DNA of 35,114 bases from Eubacteriales bacterium. Lineage in GTDB: Bacteria > Bacillota > Clostridia > Oscillospirales > CAG-272. The notes under the pieces are model-generated. The model did no database searches. It was not told where the DNA came from and worked only from the letters and a program-made list of their open reading frames with translations. Below are positions 1 through 9,435 of the stretch, one piece after another. Both the position numbers and the translations under genes were made by a program. Numbering within the stretch: the first letter of the stretch is position 1; each line of letters starts with the position of its first letter. The DNA lies in assembly GCA_045613265.1 (NCBI GenBank), contig JAZLAP010000257.1:1-35114 (forward strand). Direction: 5' to 3'.

Positions 1-951
1 CCCTATCTCATCGGCGGATGCGCAATCGACGCTTGCGGCGAGCCGCTTCCCAAGGAAACGGTTGAGGGATGCTTGGCATCCGATAGCGTTCTGTTGGGCG
101 CTGTGGGTGGCCCCAAGTGGGATACGCTCCCCGGCAATCTCCGTCCCGAAAAGGCACTTCTCGGAATTCGTTCCGCAATGAATCTGTTCACCAATCTTCG
201 TCCCGCCAAGCTTTATCCCGCGCTCAAGGATGAATGTCCACTCCGAGAGGATATTGTCGCAGCAGGCTTTGATATCATGATCGTGCGCGAGTTGACAGGC
301 GGTATTTATTTCGGTGAAAGAGGCATGCGTGAAGGGAAATACGGCGAGGAGGCATATGACACCGAAGCCTATAGCCGCATGGAGATCGAACGTATTGTTC
401 GCGTTGCCTTTGAAACGGCAATGAAGCGTAATAAAAAGTTGACGAGCATTGACAAGGCAAACGTTTTGGAAACGTCTCGCTTGTGGCGCAAAATCGTTCA
501 TGAGATCGCGCTGGAGTATCCTGAGGTGACCGTGAGTGACATGCTGGTAGATAACGCGGCAATGCAGCTCGTCAGAAATCCGTCACAGTTCGACGTTATC
601 GTTACCTCTAATATGTTTGGTGACATCCTTTCGGACGAAGCTTCGCAGATCACAGGCTCGATCGGTATGCTTCCGTCCGCATCGCTCAACGAGACGACAA
701 AGGGGCTTTACGAGCCTATTCACGGCTCCGCGCCCGACATTGCAGGTGAGGGGAAGGCGAACCCCATCGCTACCATCCTTTCGGCAGCAATGATGCTTCT
801 GTACTCCTTTGGACTTTCCAAAGAAAGCGATGCCATTGTCTCTGCCGTAGATAAGGTGCTTATCGCCGGTTACAGAACCGCCGACCTTTCTCATGGTGCA
901 CCTGCGCTTTCCACTAAAGAAATCACCGATAAGATCATCGAGTATATTTAA
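1..951 (+). CDS. leuB: 3-isopropylmalate dehydrogenase, 5' end cut by the window edge
   Basis: Frame 1 is open from nt 1 ([23 protein letters not shown]...), upstream of the track Met at 73. The translation carries the isopropylmalate/isocitrate dehydrogenase signature region [25 protein letters not shown]. Stop at 949-951. Confidence 0.93.
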   Translation, partial: PYLIGGCAIDACGEPLPKETVEGCLASDSVLLGAVGGPKWDTLPGNLRPEKALLGIRSAMNLFTNLRPAKLYPALKDECPLREDIVAAGFDIMIVRELTGGIYFGERGMREGKYGEEAYDTEAYSRMEIERIVRVAFETAMKRNKKLTSIDKANVLETSRLWRKIVHEIALEYPEVTVSDMLVDNAAMQLVRNPSQFDVIVTSNMFGDILSDEASQITGSIGMLPSASLNETTKGLYEPIHGSAPDIAGEGKANPIATILSAAMMLLYSFGLSKESDAIVSAVDKVLIAGYRTADLSHGAPALSTKEITDKIIEYI

Positions 952-954
952 TTT

Positions 955-2130
955 ATGACAGATTTAAAAAATCTACATTTGCGTCTTTGCATGACCGGTG
1001 TGTTCCGCGAGGTTGTGAAAAAGCCCTTGTTCCGTCATTTTGCGGATTTTTGCTGTGATAATGCAGAGCAGAATGAGCGCCTCAGCGCATATGCGGAATT
1101 CGTTTCAGAGATATACCGAAACGGTGCGGATCTGACCGATCTTGTTCGCCGTTTGCTCTTCGAGGACGAAAATGTTTATATCAGATCACGCGCGAAGAAG
1201 CTTCCGATATCGAAGCACATTGCGGCATCTGTGAAGCTTGAGCTTTCCGCGTTCCGTGAATTTGCCGCACTAACACCGAGCGAATTTGCGTCTGCCTTGA
1301 ATTTACCTTCAGTTTTGACATTTTCTTCGAGAGATATCGATCTTGAACGTCAATACGAAAAGCGCATTCGCGGTATTGAAAAGTACGGTTACGGAATTTT
1401 TTCATCCTTCTGCATGTTCCGCCTTTCGGACGACAAGGAAATCGAGGCGATCGCGAGTGCCGATAAGATCTCTATGGAACAGTTCGTCGGCTACGAAGCT
1501 GAGCGCGGTCAGGTGATTGCCAATACCGAAGCTTTTCTCGAAAACCGACCGGCAGCCAACACGCTTCTTTGCGGTGATGCCGGTACCGGAAAATCTTCCA
1601 CCGTAAAAGCGGTCGCCAACATGTTCTTCGATCGCGGTATCAGACTCATCGAGCTGCGCAAGGATCAGCTTCGTTACCTTCCGTACGTTATGGGAAAAAT
1701 CAGTGAAAACCCGCTCAAATTCATTATTTTCATTGACGATCTTTCCTTCAACCAAAACGATGACAATTTCAGCATGTTGAAGGCAGCTCTCGAAGGCTCC
1801 GCCGCGGCAAGAGCAGAGAATGCGGTCATTTACGCCACTTCAAACCGCCGCCATATCATCAAGGAGAGCTTTGGTGAACGTGACGGCGATGATGTGCATC
1901 GGAACGATACCGTCCAGGAAACGCTTTCGCTCTCCGAACGCTTTGGTTTGACCGTTCTGTTTTCCAAGCCTGATAAGCGGCTATATCTTGAAATCGTTCA
2001 TCAGCTTGCCGAAAGAAACCGGATCACAATGGAACGATCTGAGCTTGATATCAAGGCAGAAGCCTTTGCCTTACGGCGCGGCAACCGTTCCGCACGCTGT
2101 GCGGAGCAATTTATCGAAAGTCTCATGTAA
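955..2130 (+). CDS. P-loop ATPase, DUF815/AAA-like family, function unknown
   Basis: 391-aa ORF starting 3 nt after the leuB stop. Walker A GDAGTGKSS, Walker B-like FIIFIDDLSF. Overall resemblance to DUF815 ATP-binding proteins is from memory. Confidence 0.72.
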   Translation: MTDLKNLHLRLCMTGVFREVVKKPLFRHFADFCCDNAEQNERLSAYAEFVSEIYRNGADLTDLVRRLLFEDENVYIRSRAKKLPISKHIAASVKLELSAFREFAALTPSEFASALNLPSVLTFSSRDIDLERQYEKRIRGIEKYGYGIFSSFCMFRLSDDKEIEAIASADKISMEQFVGYEAERGQVIANTEAFLENRPAANTLLCGDAGTGKSSTVKAVANMFFDRGIRLIELRKDQLRYLPYVMGKISENPLKFIIFIDDLSFNQNDDNFSMLKAALEGSAAARAENAVIYATSNRRHIIKESFGERDGDDVHRNDTVQETLSLSERFGLTVLFSKPDKRLYLEIVHQLAERNRITMERSELDIKAEAFALRRGNRSARCAEQFIESLM

Positions 2131-2145
2131 GAAAAGGGGATATAT

Positions 2146-3345
2146 ATGCTGACTCTTGACAACGTATACCGCGCAAGCTACGTGCTCAAGGATGTTGTTC
2201 GTAAAACCGATATCCTGTATGCGCCAAAGCTTGCTCCGGGAACAGAGCTTTATCTGAAAACAGAAAATCTGCAGATTACAGGCTCCTTCAAGGTGCGTGG
2301 CTCGTATTATAAAATGTCGCGTCTCAGTGCCGAAGAAAAGGCGCGCGGTGTGATTGCTTGCTCAGCAGGCAACCACGCACAAGGGGTTGCGCTTTCCGCA
2401 CAGAAAAATGGAATCAAGGCAGTCATCTGCCTTCCCGACGGCGCGCCAATCTCCAAGATCGAGGCAACAAAAAGCTATGGTGCCGAGGTCTGCCTCGTCG
2501 AGGGGGTTTACGATGATGCCTATCAAAAGGCGCAGGAGCTGCGTGACGAAAAGGGTTACACCTTTATTCATCCCTTTGATGATCCCGACGTCATAGCGGG
2601 ACAGGGAACGATCGCGCTTGAAATTGTAGATCAGCTCCCTGATCTTGATGCCGTCATCGTTCCGATCGGCGGCGGCGGATTGATCGCCGGTATCGCCTAT
2701 ACCATCAAGTCGATTAACCCGAACGTTAAGATTTACGGCGTGCAAGCGTCGGGTGCACCTTCTATGTATCGTTCGGTCAAGAATCGTGAGATCGAAGCAC
2801 TTCCGTCGGTTTCAACCATCGCAGACGGTATCGCCGTAAAAAAACCGGGCGATTTGACATATGATATTTGTTCCCGCTACGTGGATGATATCGTTACCGT
2901 GACCGATGATGAGATCTCTGCCGCGATTCTGGCGCTGATGGAACAGCACAAGCTTGTAACCGAAGGAGCGGGTGCCGTTTCTGTTGCTGCCGCAATGTTC
3001 GGAAAGCTTGATCTTAAGGGAAAAAAGGCGGTATGTCTGCTTTCGGGCGGCAATATCGATGTGACGATCCTGTCGCGCGTCATCAAACGCGGTCTGCTCA
3101 TGTCGGGCAGGACATGTCAGTTAACTGTAGAGCTTGCCGACAAGCCCGGGCAACTCAAAAACGTATCCCGTATCATTGCTGATCTCGGTGGCAACGTCAT
3201 ATCCGTGCATCATGAACGTGCCAGCGAAGGATCGGATGTAAACGGATGCTATCTCCGTATCGTATTGGAAACCCGAAATTTCTTACATATTGAGGAAATC
3301 AAAGAAGCATTGACGGACTATGGCTTTAAGCTTGTGTCCGTTTGA
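2146..3345 (+). CDS. ilvA: threonine ammonia-lyase (threonine dehydratase) with C-terminal ACT-like regulatory domain
   Basis: 399 aa. PLP-lysine motif TGSFKVRG, glycine loop GGGGLIAG and a C-terminal extension of about 80 aa typical of the short biosynthetic IlvA. GGGGA SD-like motif upstream. Confidence 0.9.
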   Translation: MLTLDNVYRASYVLKDVVRKTDILYAPKLAPGTELYLKTENLQITGSFKVRGSYYKMSRLSAEEKARGVIACSAGNHAQGVALSAQKNGIKAVICLPDGAPISKIEATKSYGAEVCLVEGVYDDAYQKAQELRDEKGYTFIHPFDDPDVIAGQGTIALEIVDQLPDLDAVIVPIGGGGLIAGIAYTIKSINPNVKIYGVQASGAPSMYRSVKNREIEALPSVSTIADGIAVKKPGDLTYDICSRYVDDIVTVTDDEISAAILALMEQHKLVTEGAGAVSVAAAMFGKLDLKGKKAVCLLSGGNIDVTILSRVIKRGLLMSGRTCQLTVELADKPGQLKNVSRIIADLGGNVISVHHERASEGSDVNGCYLRIVLETRNFLHIEEIKEALTDYGFKLVSV

Positions 3346-3359
3346 TAGGAGAAATAACC

Positions 3360-3734
3360 ATGAGTGAAATTATTTCCACGGAAAAAGCACCTGCCGCAAT
3401 CGGTCCGTATTCGCAGGCAGTGGTTGTCGGCAACTTCGTTTATACTTCGGGACAGATTCCGATCAATCCCGCAACCGGAAAAATAGAGGCAGAAGGAATT
3501 ACCCTGCAAACCGAGCAGGTCATGAACAACCTCGGTGCCGTTCTTGAAGCCGCCGGAAGCTCTTATGAAAAGGCAATTAAAACCACCTGCTTTCTCGCCG
3601 ATATTCGAGATTTTGCGGCATTTAACGAGGTTTATGCCAAGTATTTCATTGGAAATCCTGCTCGCAGCTGCGTAGCTGTCAAGGAGCTTCCGAAGGGTGC
3701 TTTGGTAGAAGTTGAAGTGATCGCTGAACGCTGA
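3360..3734 (+). CDS. ridA: RidA family reactive enamine/imine deaminase
   Basis: MSEIISTEKAPAAIGPYSQAV...VEVEVIA is typical YjgF/RidA. The ATG at 3360 is preferred over the track start 3342 because AGGAGA lies at 3346-3351. Sits immediately after ilvA. Confidence 0.9.
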   Translation: MSEIISTEKAPAAIGPYSQAVVVGNFVYTSGQIPINPATGKIEAEGITLQTEQVMNNLGAVLEAAGSSYEKAIKTTCFLADIRDFAAFNEVYAKYFIGNPARSCVAVKELPKGALVEVEVIAER

Positions 3735-3740
3735 TCTTTC

Positions 3741-3778
3741 AAAAATCCGTCAAACGGTTTTACATTTGGCGGATTTTT
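3741..3778 (+). terminator. possible intrinsic terminator after ridA
   Basis: AAAAATCCG (3741-3749) pairs with CGGATTTTT (3770-3778) and is followed by GAATTTTT. The loop is long (20 nt) and contains an alternative small hairpin CCGT-caa-ACGG followed by TTTT. Confidence 0.35.
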
Positions 3779-3808
3779 GAATTTTTAGAATTAATTCTTC
3801 AAAACCTA

Positions 3809-3837
3809 TTGACATTTAGCAAATAAAGTATTATAAT
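3809..3837 (+). promoter_or_regulatory. sigma-A type promoter of the yerC-his operon
   Basis: Exact consensus TTGACA (3809-3814), 17-nt spacer, TATAAT (3832-3837), 33 nt upstream of the yerC ATG. Confidence 0.6.
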
Positions 3838-3869
3838 TTAGTAAGTTAAAGCGATAAAGTGAGGGCGTT

Positions 3870-4169
3870 ATGGAAAAACTACACAAACCCGAAGTTGACG
3901 AGCTTTTTTCTGCCGTTTTAACTTTAAAAACGGTGGAGGAGTGCTATCATTTTTTTGAAGATATCTGCACGGTGAAGGAAATACTCGATATCGCACAACG
4001 GCTAAAAGCGGCGAAAATGTTGATAAAAGGTGAAAATTATAACGAGATCAGTCGAGAAACCGGCATGAGCTCTGCTACCATCAGCCGTGTCAGCCGTTGC
4101 CTTGAATACGGTGCCGGCGGCTATAAGCTGGTGCTTTCGCGTCTGGAGGATGATACAAATGAATTATGA
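3870..4169 (+). CDS. yerC: YerC/YecD-type TrpR-like helix-turn-helix protein, first gene of the his operon
   Basis: 99 aa. The motifs EECYHFFEDICT, EILDIAQRLKAA and YNEISRETGMSSATISRVSRCLEYGAGGY match the YerC/YecD (Trp repressor-like) family as I recall it. GAGGG SD. The 3' end overlaps the hisZ start. Confidence 0.8.
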   Translation: MEKLHKPEVDELFSAVLTLKTVEECYHFFEDICTVKEILDIAQRLKAAKMLIKGENYNEISRETGMSSATISRVSRCLEYGAGGYKLVLSRLEDDTNEL

Positions 4170-5265
4170 AGCGCTGTTAAAGTATGACGAAAAAGCAATT
4201 TTTGCTTTGCGTGCGCTGTACCGCCAATACGGTTATAAATCCTTTAAAATGAGCAAATTTGAGGAATACGACCTCTATGTACGTAACAAGGATTTTCTGA
4301 TTAGTGACAGTGTCATTACTTTTAACGATACCAACGGAAGATTGATGGCATTAAAGCCCGACGTCACGCTCTCTATTATTAAAAACGGCGTGGACGCTCC
4401 CGGTTGCCTCGAAAAGGTGTATTACAACGAAAACGTTTACCGCGTTTCCGGCTCGACTCATACATACAAGGAGATCATGCAAGCAGGGCTTGAATGCGTG
4501 GGTGATGTTTCACCTTCGGACATTTTTGAGGTAGTATATCTCGCCGCCAAAAGTCTTGCAACCGTTTCGGAGAACTTTGTCTTAGACGTTTCCCATATGG
4601 GAATCCTTTCTGCCATTCTCGACGAGGCATCAAGTGACGAGGTGTTCCAAAAAAAGCTGATCCGGCTGATCTCTGAGAAAAACCGTCACGGCATCGAGGC
4701 TCTGTGCAACGAATTTGCCATTTCTTCGACCACTGCGAACAAGCTATTACTCCTTTCCGATGCTTACGGAACGACAGAAAAGGTGTTACCGATGCTTGAA
4801 AAGATCGCCGCCGAAGGAAAAGCAAAGGATGCTCTTATATCGCTAAAGAATCTGTTATCGCTTCTTGCGGAAACCGAATATGCCGACCGTATTCGCATCG
4901 ATTTTTCGGTCGTAAACGACATGAATTATTATAACGGCATCCTCTTTAAAGGCTTCTTGGCGGGTATCTGCGAAGGTGTTCTTTCGGGCGGTGAATACGG
5001 ATTGCTTATGCGTCGGATGAAACGTAAATCAAATGCGATCGGCTTTGCTTTATATCTCGATCTGCTTTCGGAGTTGGCTACAGAAAGAGATGAATATGAT
5101 GTAGACGTTCTCCTGCTTTATCAAGACAAAACGCCGACAACCGACGTAGTTGCAGCGAAAAACCGTATAATAAAAGACGGAAAAAGCGTGATAGCGCTCA
5201 AAAGCATGCCGAACGGATTGCGCTTTAAAGAGCTTTGCAAATTGGAAGACGGAGGTGCCGTATGA
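4159..5265 (+). CDS. hisZ: ATP phosphoribosyltransferase regulatory subunit (HisS paralogue)
   Basis: Class-II aaRS-like sequence (YGYKSFKMSKFEEYDLY, LMALKPDVTLSI, VYYNENVYR) located upstream of a short-form hisG. Start 4159 was chosen because GGAGGA at 4145-4150 lies 8 nt upstream. Track start 4087 is rejected. Confidence 0.88.
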   Translation: MNYEALLKYDEKAIFALRALYRQYGYKSFKMSKFEEYDLYVRNKDFLISDSVITFNDTNGRLMALKPDVTLSIIKNGVDAPGCLEKVYYNENVYRVSGSTHTYKEIMQAGLECVGDVSPSDIFEVVYLAAKSLATVSENFVLDVSHMGILSAILDEASSDEVFQKKLIRLISEKNRHGIEALCNEFAISSTTANKLLLLSDAYGTTEKVLPMLEKIAAEGKAKDALISLKNLLSLLAETEYADRIRIDFSVVNDMNYYNGILFKGFLAGICEGVLSGGEYGLLMRRMKRKSNAIGFALYLDLLSELATERDEYDVDVLLLYQDKTPTTDVVAAKNRIIKDGKSVIALKSMPNGLRFKELCKLEDGGAV

Positions 5266-5891
5266 TCAACATTGCGCTCCCCAAGGGACGGCTTGGCGAA
5301 AAGGTATATGCCATGTTTGAAAAAGCCGGATATCCGTGCCCGTCGATTAAAGAAAATACGAGAAAGCTTATATTCGAAAACAGCGAGGCGGGTGTCCGTT
5401 ATTTCTGGGTGAAGCCCTCTGACGTTTCGATCTACGTTGAGCGTGGTGCAGCAGATATCGGTGTTGCGGGGAAGGATATCCTTCTGGAGTATGCTCCCGA
5501 TATTTATGAGCTTCTGGATCTTGATATCGGAAAATGCCGCATGGCGGTTGCAGGAAAGAAGAATGCTCATATTGATGAGCAGAAAACGCTGAAGGTCGCC
5601 ACAAAATTCCCCAATATTGCCCGCACATATTATGCAATGCAAGCGCGCGATATCGACATTATCAAGCTGAACGGCTCTATTGAAATCGCACCCATTCTCG
5701 GACTTTCAGACGTGATCGTTGATATTGTCGAAACAGGAACCACACTGAAAGAGAACGATCTTGAGGTGTATGAAACGATCGTTCCGATCAGCGCACGTTT
5801 GATTGCCAACAAGGCAAGCTTCAAATTCAAAACCGAGGAGATCGAGAAAATCCTCGAAAGCATGAAAGCACAGGTAAATGTCAATGATTAA
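5262..5891 (+). CDS. hisG: ATP phosphoribosyltransferase, short (HisZ-dependent) form
   Basis: MINIALPKGRLGEKVY..., 209 aa. The ATG at 5262 overlaps the hisZ stop (ATGA). Confidence 0.93.
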   Translation: MINIALPKGRLGEKVYAMFEKAGYPCPSIKENTRKLIFENSEAGVRYFWVKPSDVSIYVERGAADIGVAGKDILLEYAPDIYELLDLDIGKCRMAVAGKKNAHIDEQKTLKVATKFPNIARTYYAMQARDIDIIKLNGSIEIAPILGLSDVIVDIVETGTTLKENDLEVYETIVPISARLIANKASFKFKTEEIEKILESMKAQVNVND

Positions 5892-7167
5892 GATCTATAA
5901 ATACGGCGAGGTTGAAAACAGCGAGATTTTTTGCCGTGAAAACATAGCGACCAACGTTGAAGCAATCGTCACCGATATTATTGATGACGTACAAAAAAAC
6001 GGCGATGCTGCATTGCTTCGCTATTGCGAAAAATTCGACAAAGCAAAGCTTTCGACACTTGAGGTCAGTGAATCCGAAATTGAAGATGCCTTCCTTGCGG
6101 TAGATGCCACATTTGTCGAAATCATACAAGAAGCCGCCGAAAACATTCGGGATTTTCACAAGAGGCAGATCCGCAACAGCTTTATTATCAGTGAAAAAGA
6201 CGGCATTATTACCGGGCAGAAGGTAACACCTATCGAGAAAGTCGGTCTTTACGTTCCGGGGGGCACTGCAGCTTATCCCTCCACCGTTCTTATGGATTCT
6301 GTCCCCGCAAAGCTTGCGGGATGCAGTGAAATCGTTATGGTAACGCCGCCTATGTCAAACGGAAAGGTAAACCCCGTTATTCTTGCTGCCGCTAAAATTG
6401 CAGGTGTTGACCGTATTTTTAAGGTAGGCGGCGCACAGGCAATCGCTGCTTTGGCATATGGAACCGAAAGCGTTCCGCGTGTAGACAAGATCGTTGGTCC
6501 GGGAAACGCCTTTGTCGCAGAAGCAAAGAAGCAGGTGTTTGGCAGGGTATCCATTGATATGATAGCAGGTCCCTCCGAGATATTGGTGGTTGCAGACGAT
6601 ACCGCCGTTCCGAAATACGTTGCTGCCGATCTTCTGTCGCAAGCCGAGCACGATAAAATGGCAAGCGCTGTTCTGGTGTGCGAATCGGTTTCCTTTGCCA
6701 ACGCCGTCAGCGAAGAGCTGGAGCGTCAGATCCCGCTCTTGCCCCGTGCGGAAATTGCACGTCACTCCATTGATATGAACGGAAAGATCATTGTAGCGGA
6801 AAAGAATCTTTCTCTGGCAATCGAGATCGCAAACGAGATTGCACCTGAGCATCTTGAGCTCTGTGTTGAGCATCCGTTCGATTATTTGGACAAGATCAAG
6901 CATGCCGGATCGATCTTTATGGGAAAATACTGTCCCGAAGCACTCGGAGACTATTTTGCAGGTCCCAACCACACGCTTCCCACAAGCGGAACTGCACGTT
7001 TTTCGTCGCCGCTCAGTGTGGATGATTTCGTAAAAAAATCGCAGTTCACGTATTACACGCGCGAGGCTTTGTCCCGTGTTGCCGATAAGGTTTCCTACTT
7101 TGCACAAAAGGAAGGACTTGACGCACACGCAAGAAGCGCGACCGTTCGTTTTGAGGATGAAAAATGA
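5884..7167 (+). CDS. hisD: histidinol dehydrogenase
   Basis: Typical HisD blocks (VGLYVPGGTAAYPSTVLM, SQAEHD, APEHLEL, GDYFAGPNHTLPT). The start is ambiguous between 5878 and 5884. 5884 gives better spacing to GGTAA. Confidence 0.93.
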   Translation: MIKIYKYGEVENSEIFCRENIATNVEAIVTDIIDDVQKNGDAALLRYCEKFDKAKLSTLEVSESEIEDAFLAVDATFVEIIQEAAENIRDFHKRQIRNSFIISEKDGIITGQKVTPIEKVGLYVPGGTAAYPSTVLMDSVPAKLAGCSEIVMVTPPMSNGKVNPVILAAAKIAGVDRIFKVGGAQAIAALAYGTESVPRVDKIVGPGNAFVAEAKKQVFGRVSIDMIAGPSEILVVADDTAVPKYVAADLLSQAEHDKMASAVLVCESVSFANAVSEELERQIPLLPRAEIARHSIDMNGKIIVAEKNLSLAIEIANEIAPEHLELCVEHPFDYLDKIKHAGSIFMGKYCPEALGDYFAGPNHTLPTSGTARFSSPLSVDDFVKKSQFTYYTREALSRVADKVSYFAQKEGLDAHARSATVRFEDEK

Positions 7168-8231
7168 GCCGCTTTTTAAGTCATAAATATGATAAGCTGA
7201 TTCCGTATGTTCCCGGAGAACAACCGAAAAACATGCAGTATATCAAGCTGAATACGAACGAATCTCCGTTTCCGCCGTCGCCCTCTGTGGTCCGTGCGGT
7301 CACAGAAGAGGGTAACCGACTTCAGTTGTATTCAGATCCCGAATGCACAGAGCTGAATCGAATTGCTGCCGAACTTTTTTCTGTTAAAAAAGAAAATATA
7401 TTGATGACAAACGGTTCGGACGAGATCCTGAATTTTGCCTTTATGGCGTTCTGCGACCAAGAGCATCCGATCGTTTTTCCCAATATTACGTACGGATTTT
7501 ACCCCGTGTTTGCCAACCTGAACGGTGTTCCTTATCGCGAGATTCCCTTGAAAGCAGATTTCACGATTGATTATCGCGACTATCTCACTGTCGGTGCAAA
7601 CATCGTGATCGCCAATCCGAACGCGCCCACGGGCATTGCGTTACCGCTTTGGCAGATCGAGGAGATCCTACGCACAAATGCCGATCATGTCGTAATTATC
7701 GACGAAGCCTACGTGGATTTCGGTGCCGAAAGTGCAGTTTCACTTGTATCGAAGTATGACAACCTGCTCGTTACGCAAACCTTTTCAAAATCTCGTTCTA
7801 TGGCAGGTGCGCGTCTCGGTTTTGGTATCGCGTGCGAAGCTTTGATCCGCGATTTGAATACTGTCAAGTATTCCACGAACCCTTACAATGTCAACCGCAT
7901 GACCATGGCGGCAGGCGTTGCGGCGATCCGTGATAACGATTACTACATGCAGAATTACAAAACAATCATAGAAACCAGAGAATATGCGAAAAATTCTTTG
8001 GCAGAAATGGGTTTTTCGGTTCTTGATTCCTCGGCAAATTTCCTCTTTGCAAAATCCGACCATATTGGCGGCGAAGCATTGTATCTTGCGCTTAAGAAGC
8101 GTGGCATCCTCGTACGTCATTTCAAGAAGGAAGCAATTAAGGATTACAACCGCATCACGATCGGTACACGAGCGGAAATGGATGCACTTCTTTTCGCAAC
8201 CCAAGAAATTTTGAAGGAGACACTGTCATGA
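7164..8231 (+). CDS. hisC: histidinol-phosphate aminotransferase
   Basis: 355 aa. LNTNESP, IANPNAPTG, and the PLP-lysine context TFSKSRSMAGARLG. ATGA overlap with hisD. Confidence 0.92.
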   Translation: MSRFLSHKYDKLIPYVPGEQPKNMQYIKLNTNESPFPPSPSVVRAVTEEGNRLQLYSDPECTELNRIAAELFSVKKENILMTNGSDEILNFAFMAFCDQEHPIVFPNITYGFYPVFANLNGVPYREIPLKADFTIDYRDYLTVGANIVIANPNAPTGIALPLWQIEEILRTNADHVVIIDEAYVDFGAESAVSLVSKYDNLLVTQTFSKSRSMAGARLGFGIACEALIRDLNTVKYSTNPYNVNRMTMAAGVAAIRDNDYYMQNYKTIIETREYAKNSLAEMGFSVLDSSANFLFAKSDHIGGEALYLALKKRGILVRHFKKEAIKDYNRITIGTRAEMDALLFATQEILKETLS

Positions 8232-8815
8232 GAGCTTCTGAAATCATAAGAAAAACCGGAGAGACCGACATTCGTCTCAGGCTTGCGCTTGATGGAACCG
8301 GCGTTTCCGAAATCAGGACAGGATGCGGCTTTCTCGATCATATGCTGACGCTCTTTGCGCGCCATGCGCGGTACGATCTGACCGTTTCCTGTGTCGGGGA
8401 CGTTCATGTAGACTACCATCACACCGTCGAAGACGTTGCGATCTGCCTCGGTAAGGCGATGCGCGATGCGCTTGGTGACAAAAAGGGAATCCTGCGCTAC
8501 GGCGATAAAACCATTCCCATGGATGAAACGCTGATCCTTGCCGCTGTCGATATTTCCGGGCGTGATTATCTTGGCTATGCACTCGAAATTCCCGCTTACA
8601 AGGTCGGTGATTTCGATACTGAGCTTTGTGAAGAGTTCTGGCGTGCCTTCGTCCGAGAAGCAGGCATTACACTTCATATCCGACAGCTCGCAGGAACAAA
8701 CTCACACCATATCATTGAGGGTGCTTTCAAAGCCGTTGCCCGCGCGCTTTCCGCAGCGACGGAGATTGATCCGCGCTTCAAGGATGAGATCCCATCTACA
8801 AAAGGAGTTCTCTGA
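8228..8815 (+). CDS. hisB: imidazoleglycerol-phosphate dehydratase (monofunctional)
   Basis: 195 aa. RKTGETDI, GFLDHML, DxHHTVED and HHIIEGAFKA motifs. ATGA overlap with hisC. Confidence 0.95.
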   Translation: MRASEIIRKTGETDIRLRLALDGTGVSEIRTGCGFLDHMLTLFARHARYDLTVSCVGDVHVDYHHTVEDVAICLGKAMRDALGDKKGILRYGDKTIPMDETLILAAVDISGRDYLGYALEIPAYKVGDFDTELCEEFWRAFVREAGITLHIRQLAGTNSHHIIEGAFKAVARALSAATEIDPRFKDEIPSTKGVL

Positions 8816-9435
8816 TGATCGCTATCATTGATTACGGTGTTGGAAACCTTTTTTCGCTTTGCTCGTCACTTGCCGCTATCGGCGTTGAAAGCATTGTTTC
8901 CTCGGATGAAAAGGTTATCCGTTCTGCCGACAAGATCATTCTTCCCGGTGTCGGCGCGTTTGCTGATGCCAGAAAAAAACTTGCGGATTCCGGACTTGAT
9001 CGCGTAATTATTGACGAGGTAAAAAAAGGAAAGCCGATCCTCGGCATCTGCCTTGGTATGCAGATGCTATTTGAAAAAAGCTTTGAATACGGTGAGCACG
9101 AGGGTCTCGGACTTCTTCGCGGAAGCGTCGTTCCGATGGCGGGTGTCATTCCCGCATCCTACAAAATCCCGCACATCGGGTGGAATGCCCTTCACGTAAA
9201 AAAGTCGCATCCTATTTTCCGTTATGTGAAAGAAAACGACTACGTTTACTTCGTTCATTCCTATTTTGCCTCGGAATGTGACGAGAGCCTGCTTGCTTCT
9301 GCCGAATACGGAGCAGAGCTTTGCGCCGCCGTTGCGCTCGACAACGTGACAGGCACACAGTTTCACCCTGAAAAAAGCGGCGACGTGGGGCTTCGCATTC
9401 TGAAGGCGTTTGCCGAATGGGAGGTCACGCGATGA
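8815..9435 (+). CDS. hisH: imidazole glycerol phosphate synthase, glutamine amidotransferase subunit
   Basis: 206 aa. IAIIDYGVGNLFS, nucleophile context GICLGMQ, and FHPEKS. TGATG overlap with hisB. Confidence 0.95.
   Translation: MIAIIDYGVGNLFSLCSSLAAIGVESIVSSDEKVIRSADKIILPGVGAFADARKKLADSGLDRVIIDEVKKGKPILGICLGMQMLFEKSFEYGEHEGLGLLRGSVVPMAGVIPASYKIPHIGWNALHVKKSHPIFRYVKENDYVYFVHSYFASECDESLLASAEYGAELCAAVALDNVTGTQFHPEKSGDVGLRILKAFAEWEVTR

Noticed and set aside
3838-3869. A possible T-box, riboswitch or leader-peptide attenuator ahead of the his operon.
   Set aside because: Only about 32 nt separate the -10 hexamer from the yerC ATG. That is far too short for a T-box or a his-leader peptide with a terminator-antiterminator.
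6355-7128. A 257-aa minus-strand ORF inside hisD. Similar long antisense ORFs occur at 5121-5642, 8144-8677, 9363-9899, 20751-21371, 23556-24122, 26784-27494 and 31884-32531, and on the + strand at 16061-16801.
   Set aside because: Each lies opposite a gene with clear family motifs. None has a ribosome-binding site or a recognisable domain, and all have the skewed composition of antisense translations.
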